DNA of 64,000 nucleotides from Antedon mediterranea (taxonomy: Eukaryota; Animalia; Echinodermata), in contig NC_092675.1 of NCBI RefSeq assembly GCF_964355755.1, positions 7,993,812-8,057,811 on the forward strand. Reading direction: 5' to 3'. Below the pieces are notes generated by a model. It saw nothing but the letters and a program-made list of their open reading frames with translations, ran no database searches and was not told the origin of the DNA. This document shows positions 29,085 through 64,000 of this stretch, piece by piece. A program made the position numbers and the translations under genes. Position 1 is the stretch's first letter. Every line of letters starts with the position of its first letter.

Positions 29085-32000
29085 GCTTATTTAGTTTGTA
29101 TCTCCACAAATTGAGATCCAGCCACTGATTCTCACAGCATTGCCATTTTTTTTCAGTAATTTGCCTTTGAATTTATAAAATACTGTATAGCCTATATAAT
29201 GCAAAATATTAATAAGAGTTGCATTTTGAACTGTTCAGTAAAGTTTATAGTACTCAGTTACAAGTATCTTTTATAATTTAATTTGAATTATTATTATATT
29301 ATTATAATTGATAAATCTTTATTTATAATATTATAGATAGGCCTATATAAAGAATGTCAGCAAGAATAAGACTCAACCGACACCCTAACTTGAGTTACCT
29401 GATAAATAAAAAGGACAATTAGATCATAGTTTATTTTTCTCCGATTGAATATCCACTCCTCTCACCCACAGCATCGTAGGCCTACTACTGTTAAATCTTG
29501 CTGGAGAGAATGCGTAGGCAGACATTAAGCTGTTGGTTAACGAACTATGTTAAAAGTGAGACAATTAGATCCAGAATGTATTGTTTTTTTTTTAAAGATT
29601 TTGTATGGAATTCTTTAGAAAATTCTTATTTAAAGGAACACATTGACTGATTTACTTTTGTTTAAAACACTTCAATCTAACTCAAGAGAAGGTCAGGCAG
29701 ACGATATTTTTCTCGTTTTTAATAAATTTTATTTGGATTAAAATCTTTCCGGTTGCATTTTCAATAGCGTGAATTATTGATGACGATTCTAGGTAATTCT
29801 ATGTGGTGTTTCTAGTAACTCATTTGCATTCCATCCAACGGATAAAGCAATGGGAATATATTAATAACCCTTTCACACTTGATATTTTATTATTCTGCTT
29901 TAATTAAATTACTTTACAGTTTATTACAGTTTAATCTTCTGTAATACACTAAATACAGAATGGAATAGGCTATCAGTCAACGCTAACAAGTATGGGAACT
30001 CTTTCTGTTGGTAGGCCTAGTAACCAGTTTAGTTACATAATTAATTAATACAATATAAAACTCCATAACACGAAATTTAAACTTTTTGTGATATGTATTA
30101 GAAGCCCTTGATCAATGTTAGGACCAATCAAGGTGCTTTAAACAGTCGTGGCTTTGTTTGTATCAAACCTGTTAGTGGCGGTAATTATCGCTGTTGGTTT
30201 TGATTGAATAAAAAAAATAACATATTAAGGACAGCAATGTTCCATTTTCAAACGTCAGCTCAGTATATAATTGCGTAGGTCTAATAACCTTCGTTCGTTA
30301 TACTATTATTGTTATTTAACTTGAAGCTAGGTCCGTTTCAAACCTTAGGTCAATTTTTAGCGTATCTTAACCCAATAAGTTCCCGGATGTTCGAAATACC
30401 TGTCAAAAACGCGGTTTCACCTGGGTTACGCTGTATGCTGAATGCTGAATATTATGTCTGATTGAAATAATGACCTATATTCAATGATTTTATATCAGGG
30501 AGAGTATTATTAACTATTTTCTGGTTTTCATGTTGTAGGCCTAAATATGTATTGTTGATTGTTTCATTGCCCATTAAAATGCTCCTACCAGATCTATTTT
30601 ATCACATAATGTTCAGTATTTTACCCGAAATTCCTGCAGCTGAATGACCGAGAAAATTCCGTGCGTCATTAACAATGTCTTAACTGTTAGCCATATTGAT
30701 ACTATTGTAATTACATTTATTCTGAACTTTTCTTGGAAAGGGATATTCACTTTTGATATATATTGATTCAGCGTACGTTTGTGACAGCAAAGGTATACGT
30801 ACAGCGCATGCTAAACTTTGCAAAAAAGGAAAGTTGTGTTTTGTAACACGACGAGTATCGACGGGAACCGAAAACAAAGAATATTAAACACAAACATATA
30901 TTTAATAAAGTAAATAAAAATTGTTTTTGTCCAATTTAAAAAACTTATCCTTTATATTATCCTCTTCAAAACGTTTTTCTTTAAATAAGCATGTATTTAG
31001 GTTGAAGTTAAATTTTTATTCTATGGATGTATATTTATTTATACTAATGTCGTTATATAGTTTTTTATATAGATTATATTTGTGTACCAAGTATTTTAGC
31101 CATGGTTCCTTCTTGGCTATTTAAAGGAAAATAAACCTTATTAGTATTATTTATTCAGGCAAAAGATACATTTTACAAAATATAATACAAATCAACAAAT
31201 TAAACAAACACAACGAAAAAGAAAATATAAAATCAAAGTCACATAGTCATGCTGCTAGGAAAGCACTAAATGAGCGATAAGAATTATGGAATAAATATAA
31301 TTGTTTTTATGGGTTGAAAAATTGCAAATTTTCTGGTCTGCCAGCAAACTAGGTCACCACAACACCACATAATATGGAATTAGCGGAATAATCAAGATGG
31401 TATAATCTTTGGTAATTTAGCTTTTGAATTGGTAAATAATAAATTCTTAACAGAGATTGCATTCACTTAACGAGGCTTTAGTTAAAATTCAGGGGGAGTC
31501 TGCTTATGTTAAACTAACCGATATTTTTTCTGATATAAATATTTTAGTAAATATAGATACTCAACCAACCTCCAAACTAAGAGCCCACCCCAATCACATA
31601 TAACCCCAACCACCGTTTCCTTTCAAAAAACCCTTCAAATTTAGTAGCATTAAAACAAAATATTTAGTAGCTTTTTAAAATAGATAATCAATACCGGTAG
31701 AGTACCCTAGCTGACCCATAATTATTAATTAGCACTCGAGTCATTTTTTACAAATTTAATTATACTATCAGTTCATTGAAAATTAGGCTAAGAATTGTAG
31801 TTAACTTTGAGGTCACGTATACGCCGCTTTCAAGAGAGTCTTGACTCGCCGCTTATTTTTGAGGAGTTATTTTCTCTTCTTAATCAATTGTTTACCGACA
31901 AGTTGTTTTACAACAATGTAGGATGATAAAATAGACAAAATACCTTGTATATGAAGTATTCTAACAATTCATAATCTTCAAATCTTTTCATTGTTAAGCA

Positions 32001-32191
32001 AAGTTGTTCAGATAGAATACTGTCTTTATCCATGCAAATTATCAAATTAATCCAGATAAAACGTTGGATTAAAAAACAATGTTTACGTTGCTACGACTGC
32101 ACAATTGGAGTCTGAAACAATTTTTTCTATAGAATCGGAACGTCAAAGCTTCCTGATAAAAATGGATTATTGGCCTATAGAGAAATATGTG

Positions 32192-32199
32192 TATATAAA
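32192..32199 (+). promoter_or_regulatory. Candidate TATA box of the WxxW-EGF-CBM14 gene
   Basis: TATATAAA about 90 nt upstream of the ATG at 32284. The AT-rich background lowers specificity. Confidence 0.45.
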
Positions 32200-32283
32200 T
32201 CAATGTTTATTCTGTTCTTGTCATCTTTAACGTTTTGGAACCGGTCGCACTGGTCAGGTCCGCAACGAACTCAAAGGATCATA

Positions 32284-54246
<21,963 letters not shown>

Positions 54247-56089
54247 TATCGTTAGATAGTTATGGAGTTTATGTAATGTTCACGAAGATAATGTTAGTGT
54301 TCACAGCTTTTAATAAAGAAGGCCATGATGGTGACGGTATAGAATGACAATTCAGTTATAACTCTAATATTTTATTTAATGGCGTTTGTATTTTTATTTA
54401 ATGGCTACAGTAATTATATTTAATGGTTTGCTATTTGTTATATTTATTTTTGTTTGGTATCCGGTAGTCTATTGAACTGTGTTTTATGGCTATTATAAAG
54501 TGTGCTGCTGTGATTTATCGCAGTCTAATTTGATTATTGGTGCTATATATAGTTTAAATGTTTTCCTTTACTTTCTAGACTATACCGTGTAAATTTCCTG
54601 ATTAGGCTACTTCCATTGCTTCGGGATATTTATTTCAATATTATTATTTTTAAGTTCAAAATTATATGGTGATTAATAATAATGTTGTAGCTCTAAAATT
54701 GTTTTATTTATATACATAACTAATTTTATACAACTTATGTTCGAATAATAAAATATTCATAACAAATTGAAATGTTGTTCAATGACATTATTTGATGTTG
54801 GTGTAGGACTAGGATATATTTTGCAATAGTTTAAGAGGCAGGGATTAGTATCAGCAGCATGCCGATAGAACAGTTTCTAAGACATGAGATAGTTATTGCA
54901 ATAATGATGACAATGACAAGGACAAGACATTGAGGAGGAAGATATGACAAAGTTGATGATAATAAAGTTTGTCAAACAATTATCCCCTTCGTACACGGAC
55001 GTAATTTGTTTTCGTACATAAGTTGGAGACATTAGTGAATTGTAGTTAGATCAATTCATACGTCACATCTTATGGATATGACTAATGAATATTCATGTTT
55101 TATTTTTTGACGTTTCATGATGACGCCCCCAACATATGTACGAAAAGAAAATAGCTACACGGAAAATTACCCTCTGGACAGCCTCTTAGGATAATTACCC
55201 CAGGACAAATGGAAAATGGCAAAAATATTACCTTTTCTAAAATGTAATTATTATGCCATAATATCATATCATTGATGACGTCATACCGGTCATTGCAATG
55301 CAAACGTTTTCGATAAGTCATACTTTAATTTTCTTTCTTTTCATTTTCTTATTTTCTCCGACAACGTGACTGAAACAAATTGATTGATTACTTAATGAAA
55401 GTAAACAACTAAAGTTTCACTTTTAAAATTAAGACGTCACAAATTAATAGGTCAAGGATAACATTGTAGGACGTGCAGACATTACTGCGTAGCCTATCCA
55501 TACCTACTGTACTATACTTTGTTGATTTCTCACATTAGGTCTCGATGAATTTTACTTGTGACGTTCATTATCACATGTATAACTATAACGTAAACAAAAT
55601 GTAATAATCTTCCCACATCTTACATCAGTATGCATTTATATTATATATCATTTAGGCCTATACAAAATATCTCCACCTTATTCAATCTATTTGATATGCA
55701 GTCAAATTAATTCCATCATAACTTAAGTACTGTGTTCTAGTTAGATGCAAACAATAACTAATATGGTTGTTTTCTACACCAACAGTATAGTTAAAATGTA
55801 AAAAAAAAGTAGGCCTACTTTAACACAACTAGTAACTGCTGTCCGTTGATTAAACAAGCTACCCGGATGTCGTTTACAAATTAATTGATTTATAAACCCC
55901 TGGATCTAGTTGATCTTTACTAGGAAAAATCAACGCGCAGCCTCATATACATATTCGTATTTGTATGATTTTCAAAAAAACATAATGTATTATATTATAA
56001 TTATATAAATGTATGTATAATGTAATGTATTTATGTGGTTTCTTATTTAGTAGGAAATTAAGCTTTATTTACATGACTTACATGACAAT

Positions 56090-57867
56090 ATATCAAATGT
56101 AAACAATTCTGACTTTAAACAATATATGAAAGAGAGTCAATCCCAATCCATCCATATATCCATAAGAGGTCATTGAAATAAATAGTCAAATCAAAAATTC
56201 AAATTCAGAAGGTGTTGATAACTTAAGTTATCGTATTCTAAAACATATTATTGCTGCTGTGGCATCTCCTCTTGTACATATCTTTAACCTCTCTCTTGAG
56301 ACAGGCATGGTCCCTGATAGTATGAAAGTAGCTAGAGTAGTTCCAATTTTTAAATCGGGCAATAAAAGTGACGTCAGTAATTATAGGCCGATCTCTATTC
56401 TGCCTACCGCTTCAAAAATTGTTGAAAAAATTGTTCAAATTAGAGTAAATAATTATATCACAAAGTTTAACATCAGGCACAATATGGTTTCAGAAAAAAC
56501 AGTTCTACTTTTATGGCCATTATAGATCTGGTTGAACGAATAACTGATGCGCTTGATAAGAAAGAAAATACCATCGGAATATTTATTGATTTGTCAAAAC
56601 CTTTTGACACTATGGAACGCCGTTTACGCAACATTTCGATGATATGAATTTTATGACGGGTTATGTGAATGAAATGCATCGATATGAATTGAATGGCGCA
56701 ATATATGAATGAAATGTTTTGAATTGAATGCTTTGAATTGAATATTTTGAATGAAATGTTTTGAATAAAATGTTTTGAATGATATGTTTTGAATGAAATG
56801 TTTTGAATGAAATGTTTTGAAATTTACTGTCTTGAATGTTGCGTAAACGGCGTTCCATATGACACCATCAACCATGATATTCTTCTAAAAAAATTGGAAC
56901 ACTATGGCATAAGAGGTACGGCACTTACATGGTTTAGAAACTATATTAGTGGAAGGAAACAATTTACGTCTATTGATAACACAAGTTCGTGTTTGATGGA
57001 TATAAATTGCGGTGTACCACTGGGTTCTATTCTTGGGCCTCTACTTTTTATTTTGTACATTAACGATATATTTAATTGCTCAAACAAACATATCTGCATC
57101 TCACGAAAACTTGGATACGCTCATAGAGCTAGTTTTAACTAGCATATGTAGGCATACTATATAAAGTAAGACATTTTTTACCAACCAATGCTCTCTGGAC
57201 AATGTACAAATCAGTCATTGAACCAGTATTAAGTTATTGCAACATGATATGGTGTAGTACATTTCCAAGTTATCTAGATGAGTTATTTAAGCTTCAGAAA
57301 AGGGCATTACGAGCTTTAACATGGTCAAAGTTTAATGATTCAATGACTGAATGTTTCTATAAATTGAAACTTCTTAAAATTGCGGATATCAATAAGTACC
57401 AAATTGGGCTTTTCATGTACAATGTTATTACTAATCAGGACGTGTGTTTTTCATCACTATTTATAAAAAATGCTTCTTGCCATAATCATAATACAAGATC
57501 TAAGGACAAAATGAGACTCAGAAAACGTAATCGTACTTATACTAGTTTTACTGTGTCATGTGTGGGACCCAAATTGTGGAATGACTTGAATTACGAACTA
57601 CAAAGTACCAACTCATTAAATATATTTAAATCATTGCTGAAAGATCATTTATTATTATTTTACAAATAATTAAAAAAAATACTTGTTGCAGGATTTAGCT
57701 TTTATTATTATTTAAGTATTCGTTTTTAGGCTAGTTAGGGACGTACGTATGGGGACACAACTTATCAAGCTCTTTTGAGTGTTTATGTGTTTCCGTTTCA
57801 TCTTATATTATGTATTATATTGTTGTATTTTTTTATGTTTGATGAATAAAGAATTTGAATTGAATTG
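56090..57867 (+). mobile_element. 5'-truncated, decayed CR1/L2-group LINE (RT fragments)
   Basis: Fragments PLVHIFNLSLETG..VVPIFKSG..NYRPISILP..KIVEK, IFIDLSKPFDT, GVPLGSILGPLLFILYIND, YKSVIEPVLSYCNMIW. Frameshifts and a deletion. 3' tail aataaa..(ttgaa)n. Confidence 0.9.
56611..56859. mobile_element. Non-autonomous TIR element, IS3EU-like, inserted in the LINE
   Basis: Perfect 25-bp TIR TATGGAACGCCGTTTACGCAACATT. 6-bp TSD TGACAC (56605-56610 and 56860-56865). Internal 14-bp GAATGAAATGTTTT tandem repeats. Confidence 0.85.
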
Positions 57868-59248
57868 GTTGTCTTTCAAATATTAACTTAACGTAACATT
57901 CTAATTAATGATCTCTCACAAATCCACAATCGAACCCTTTCTTTCGATTTGGAAGAGCTAACACACTAACCATTCTGTCAAACAGCTGGCTTAGGCCTAC
58001 AGAAAAGCGTTGAAATAACGTATTTGAAAAAGAGAGGCATGTGTTTTACATAACATTTTATGAATATGTAATTAGTTTATTTTCAACATTTATTTTCTGT
58101 GAAAGATATTGTTGTATGTATAGCCATGTTGACAATGAAAACAGTCTCTCACGCGTTAGGCTTGATTCGTCATTCCGGTAAAAACGCGTAGTGACCGCGC
58201 AGAGTCACTGAAGTATATTAGCAGACAAGAAACTGTATTATACCTTTTGAGAGTTGGCCGATTAAAGCATCGTAATTATTATAAATAATATGCCACAGAC
58301 CAACAAATCTTGTCCTAATGTCCTTCTCTAATTAATCTTATTAGTTTATTTATAAATATCCTAGGACTGCATACTTGACAAACCTTCTTGAATAATCTAA
58401 GTTGAGTATTAAAACATAATCTAATTTATTGAAACAATGAATTATATATAGGCCTATCATTGATTTTTAGATTAATCTGGTAAGTTGGGCGTTTGCCACT
58501 TGAGTTAATTCACAAAAATAACACTTATTCACTGTGGCCTATATATAACTATTACTACCTCCTACTACATTCAATTAGATTATGTCAGCGAAAGTTCTTA
58601 ATAAATGTATGGAGCAATATAATATAAATAAATGTACAGTATAAATATTATAAATGTCAACGTTGTAGGCCCTATTACTATAAAATATACAATGGATCGA
58701 TCAAGAGAATCGAAATACAGCTTGCTTGAACCACAAAAACCGTATCCTCTTTAAAAAAAAACATTCCACTGATATGCTGCAGCGGCCCTAATTTAATATG
58801 CATGGCGAATCGAACGCTTGTTATGTTATAAAATATCTATAAATTGTATCTAATGGTACTATTCAACACTGTTTGTATATTGTTTTAATAAGTATCAATC
58901 CTATATAGGTCATACTAGGAATTAATACTATTTGACCTAATTATGAAGGACAATCAATCCTATGGGATGACCATCGGAAATCACTTATGCGGCTTTTACC
59001 ACTGCTTCCTGTACGAATTGTGGATTTATGCTAATCCGATATCTTTATTCCTTCAGCTTAAGATTATTATTATTCATTAAACATAGCACCTCCTACTTAT
59101 ATAATTCCTCTAAAATGACTTAATGTTAATATTTTGAATATAATACAGCTTCGTCTATTCCGGATTTAGCGTATTCCATTATTTACGGAATTATTATTAT
59201 GGTTACGTCACAACCATAAGTAGGCCTACTTATTTTTTATACAGCATG

Positions 59249-59473
59249 TATGATTAACTTTTATTTATGAAAATAAAATATCTTTTTTGAAATTATTAAC
59301 CAGTTACATCATTGCAAACACTTTAGACAAATACATATTGTATAGACAAATTTTATAAAGTATGTCACTATGATTAAGTTTTATTTATGAAAATAAAATA
59401 TGTTTTTTGAAATTATTAACCAGTTACATCATTGCAAACACTTTACACAAATACATATTGCATAGACAAATTT
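59249..59473. repeat. Direct tandem duplication, period 120 bp
   Basis: 59249-59353 is repeated at 59369-59473 with a few substitutions. Confidence 0.9.
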
Positions 59474-60699
59474 GCTTTGTTTCACTTTGCCATTGGTTAT
59501 TCCTTTCAACAAACATTAAATAATAATACTCAATTTTCCACATATTTCCCCGTGCATGGGAGGGAATACCGGAAGAAAATAAGAGATTCATTCATTTTAA
59601 ATACAGGTATTAAGACTTTTATAAACAAGCTTAAAATGTATTGTAAGTAGGATTATTCTATTTATTGATGATTTTTAATGATATTGCAATATATTTCATG
59701 CACTTATAATAATCAGTGCAATTGGAGACCTACTAGAAAATGATTAAGTTCGCTTTTTAGGAATCCTGACTCTGCCTGGTTTTGTATGATGTGTTCTTGT
59801 TCTTTGTCGAGGTTTTTTTATATTGTATTTTTATGGAGACAAAATAAATGAAATTAAATGCAACACAAGGAAGAGAAGTGATGAGGAACATTACAAAAAC
59901 AAATTTGATTACAAATTAGGAAAATTAAGAAACATCGGTATATTTATAAATCAATGAATCAATCTACATATCGATTATCAATGTTATTGTAATGTTTAAG
60001 CTAATATTCAATTAATTGTCTGTGATTTTAGTATATAATATATTGTATTAGAATTAAAACCGATGAATATCTACAATATAATAAATTTAAATTAAATCAA
60101 ACGGCAAATTACTGGAAAAAAAATACATTCTTAAACTCAAAATAAAATTAAAAAAAAAACATATAAAGCGTCAACATGAATAAATAAATATAATAAAACA
60201 AATAAACATAGCCTAAACGATTATCTGTGTTTGAATTTATTGGAAAATATTTGTAAACTTTACGTCACGAATGGACATGGCTAAATTTGATGACATTTCA
60301 ATTTAGATAATTTGTTGTGTCCGGATATTTGCCTAAACAGGAAATGTTGAGCCATACAAGGGGACAAATCTCCTTGGACATTAATCGCTTTCTGAAAAAA
60401 TTTGTTTTCATAATTAAGAATCCCTAAACATATCATAAACCGCATAATGCAATGTAATCTAATAATCATTCACTATAACAAATTCTTGCATCTGATTGGT
60501 TATCGAGGAAGTTGTTTTGTGCCAATCAACTGCAGGCTTCCCAGAAGAAAGTTTGCAAAGTTAAGACATCAGGTAGGAATCATCTTTGTGTCCTGTTTCA
60601 AGTCAAGGCCAGGGTCGTCGATGTATGTTTATAAGAAGGTACGATGCCTAGCCTCAAACCAAACGAGAGATTTGAGTCTATCAGGCCGGTCGAAAAATA

Positions 60700-63600
60700 A
60701 TGAAAATGATGTTATACCTCAAACACAGTCCGGTCTTTTTATGTGCAATATTTGCTGTTATCAGCGCTGTAAACGCCCAGTTTAATACATTCGCTCCGAT
60801 TGAACAAGGTGAGTTATATTGTCTATCTTTTTAATAACATATACAATATGTATATTGGTTCAAATTAAAGAATGGAAAATTCGGTAATAGAAATTAGAAA
60901 AGCAAATTTCATTTGTAACCGTATCATTGCCTTGCATTTCTATATCTTTTATCTTCGTTTTATTATATTCCTTAGAGCATCTTACGGGCTGGTTTAACCG
61001 AGATAGTCCGACAGGTGAAGGTGATTTTGAAACATTAGAAGATCTTAAAAGGGTAAGATTACATATATTATATAATATTTATATAAACGTAAATAATATA
61101 ATATATGTGACGTGAAATACGTACAAATCAGTTATAGGCAACTGAAAAGATTTTGAGACAGTGAATGTGAATAATTATGTGATATATAGGCCTACAACTA
61201 GACAAATACCGTTGCCCTACGATAATTTGATATCCTTTATTTAATTATATGATTGGTTCTATCTATCTGACAAAAAAATATTTTTTCCACTGACAATAAT
61301 TATACTGAAGTTCAAACACAATTATTAGAAATTAAGTACAAATTGTCTGGTCTTTACAGGAAAATCCTTTTCTGTTATGCGACTTTCCATTTGGAATCGA
61401 GTGTCAAACTACATCTGGAGTTCCGTACACTGCCACAGGACAGGTCGTGAAATGCGAAGCATCAACTGGCTTGATTTGTCGAAATTCTGAACAAAAACCA
61501 GGAGAAAGTTGCCTTGACTACCGCGTGCGATTTAGATGCTCACATCCAATCGGTAAGTAATATTAGGCCTATTTGTAATTATATAAATTATCGAATTGTA
61601 ATTAAACGTTTTCAGTTCTTTTTTTCTAAAAATATTTACATCGATTTTTTGTCTACTATAATCATAAACTTCGTCTCCTCAATGCAAATCGAAACATTTA
61701 TTTTCCTTCTTGAATAAAAAAAGACACTTCGAAAACATTTAAAATTTTATAAAGAAACAAATAATTATTATCATATATAAAATAATTCTTCTGTAACGGC
61801 AATCTGTTAAATACTTAGTTACTGTATTGTTGAACTATGTTGTTAGGGATCAAATGAAATAAAATGAATATACTATGTATCAATATTTGTTTCATGATAG
61901 ATGAATGTGCTTCGAATCCTTGTCAGAATGGAGCTACGTGTCGTGATAGAACGAATGCCTTCCAGTGCATTTGTCCTAAAGGATATGAAGGAGAAAGATG
62001 CGAAATAAGTAAGGTTCAATATTCCATTTGAGTTACGATTGTTTATTATAATAATTAATCTGCTATACATTTAACTCGTCTGAATATAGGTCTGGGTAGT
62101 AGCTAATTATTAAGAAGGCAATACTAATCTACAGTATATTAACATTTCCAAGTTGTTTCAAAATTTCAGCTCTAAATTTGTGCCAATACAATTCTACAGG
62201 CTGCTTTTTAAAATTCTATTTACGTTATAACTTATCAATTTTATTTTAGATATAAATGATTGTGAACCGAACCCATGTCAAAATGGTGGAAAATGTATCG
62301 ATGCCGTATCAGCTTACAAATGTATTTGTGCCAAAGGCTACGATGGAACACATTGCGAGAGAGGTGAGTTTCAAATACCAGTGCTAATGATAAAGACAGG
62401 TTCTATACGAATTTGACATAGAGAGAGATACGGTACTGATTATCGGAAATATAATGCCTAAAAATGACTAGTTTTGTTTAAAAGCCATGTAAATATTCTC
62501 ATAAACATGCATAGGTCTTTTAAAAATAAACAACCATTTTCGTTAATTCACTCAATTTATTAGGAAAAAAACCCAGGAAATCTCACTCTTCTTCGGAAAA
62601 AACAATGTATTTTTTTATATAAGTTATTTAAGAAAAGAAAGAAAACACTGCTAGTAAGGTTGAACATTATTGCATTGTATTGGAAACAGAGAAAAGATAA
62701 TCAAAGTAAAACATCTTTAATCAACAAAAAAATAATGTTATATCTTTGTTTTTGCCTTTATTTTAGACATTAATGAATGTATCGGTAATCGTTGTGAAAA
62801 CGGAGCTACGTGCAAAGACGTTGTTTATGGATATGTCTGCTTTTGTGCATCAGGATATGCGGGTTTATTCTGTGAAGAAAGTGAGTAACTTTAACTGACA
62901 ACAATGACCATTGACACGCGCGCTGGGTAATCTAGAGATTGAGACCCTTAGGCTTACTTTTGAATGAAGTGTTCTATATCTAGCCTATGTAGGTCTAACC
63001 ACTGGTTGATGTTTAACAATTCTGCCCATAAGAATCTAGATGTTGTTTAATATTAGGATTATTTACTGGTGCTTTAAATCCGCCTACCGGTACCGTATCC
63101 ATACTGATAACGTTTTGGTAGAGGAGTTACACACTCCAGCTTTTGCCAAATTAAGATAATTAAGACTCGTTTGATGCATTGGCTTACTTAATAAATTGTT
63201 ATAAATTATCTTTTAGATATAAATGATTGCGTGCCACAACCATGTCTGAATAATGGAAAGTGCCAAGATTTAATTAATGGATACAAGTGTTGGTGTGAGC
63301 CTGGCTACACTGGAGTAAACTGTGGAACAGGTAAAATTAAAAACCAAATTTCGTTTATTTTACGTTCTACCGTTTTAACAAAATTGTCACAAATGTAAAA
63401 CTAGAAAACGGTTGGTAACGTATTGGTCATGTCAGACAGAAATGTCAGTCTCTCTCCATCCATCTGCCAAATATTTTCAATCTGTCCCAGCATCATATTA
63501 TCGTCTAGAAATAATATAACCTTAATTCGTTTATTCGTTCCAATTTTAGACTATATAAGGCATACAATTAGATATTTTTATCATTTCAGATATTGATGAA

Positions 63601-64000
63601 TGCAACCCAGATCCTTGTTTGGCCGGCACATGCGTTGACGGTATAAATGGATACACATGCGACTGTTCGACTGGATTCAGAGGCGATATCTGTCAAATAA
63701 GTAAGTATGCCGGGTTGGTTTTTGTTTGTTTTTTCATGTTAAACTCATTCATTAATTACATCATAATAAGTTAAAAGTGTGTATATTTAGAATAATCGCA
63801 CCCTACTACTTGCACAGATCTTGGAAAACACAGCGCTTTGAAACCTTTGTCTCTTGCACTTTATAAATGTTATTTATTATTATTATTATTATTATATCAA
63901 CTCAATATTTAATTATCTATTTAGATGAAGACGACTGCAACCCAAATCCATGCGTATACGGATCATGCATTGATGGTGTCGGAGACTATTTCTGCGCATG
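60700..64000 (+). CDS. Tandem paralog: signal peptide + WxxW-like + at least 6 EGF (runs off window end)
   Basis: Exons 60700-60808 ([27 protein letters not shown]), 60976-61052 ([17 protein letters not shown]), 61360-61552 ([10 protein letters not shown]). EGF exons 61901-62008, 62250-62363, 62767-62880, 63217-63330, 63590-63700, and 63925 onward. Same phases and exon sizes (77 nt, 108 nt) as the 32284 gene. Confidence 0.9.

Noticed and set aside
56651-56875. Repetitive ORFs / CRISPR-like array
   Set aside because: A 14-bp tandem minisatellite without unique spacers inside a MITE, in eukaryotic DNA.

Overview
AT-rich, intron-rich animal genomic DNA. The fibropellin/Notch-type EGF exons and Deu/Nin-domain SINEs suggest a marine invertebrate, possibly an echinoderm, but the species cannot be established from this window. 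I reconstructed five protein-coding genes by hand from GT-AG sites and reading-frame phases. (1) An intronless three-Ig type-I receptor with an ITIM+ITSM tail (9020-10939, +). (2) An 8-exon cytoplasmic protein with a UPA-like domain and five tandem death-fold domains (12919-17394, -), with a tRNA-Asn gene in one intron. (3) A secreted, Lys/Arg-rich protein with 3 EGF and 8 chitin-binding type-2 (CBM14/peritrophin-A) domains (19781-23313, -). (4) Head-to-head with it, a 44-exon secreted protein of about 2745 aa: WxxW(CysD) + 42 EGF + 17 CBM14 (32284-54246, +). It is acidic, almost lysine-free, and carries a recent fourfold internal duplication. (5) The 5' part of a tandem paralog (60700 to window end, +). 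The repeats are a decayed Academ transposon, Harbinger-type MITEs, Deu/Nin SINEs, a self-nested Helentron-type element, a Penelope-like fragment in (TA)n, and a CR1-type LINE interrupted by an IS3EU-like MITE. The best candidate for an undescribed system is the EGF-CBM14 cluster: oppositely charged secreted chitin-binding proteins, each with one unpaired C-terminal cysteine. All counts are manual and no database searches were run.
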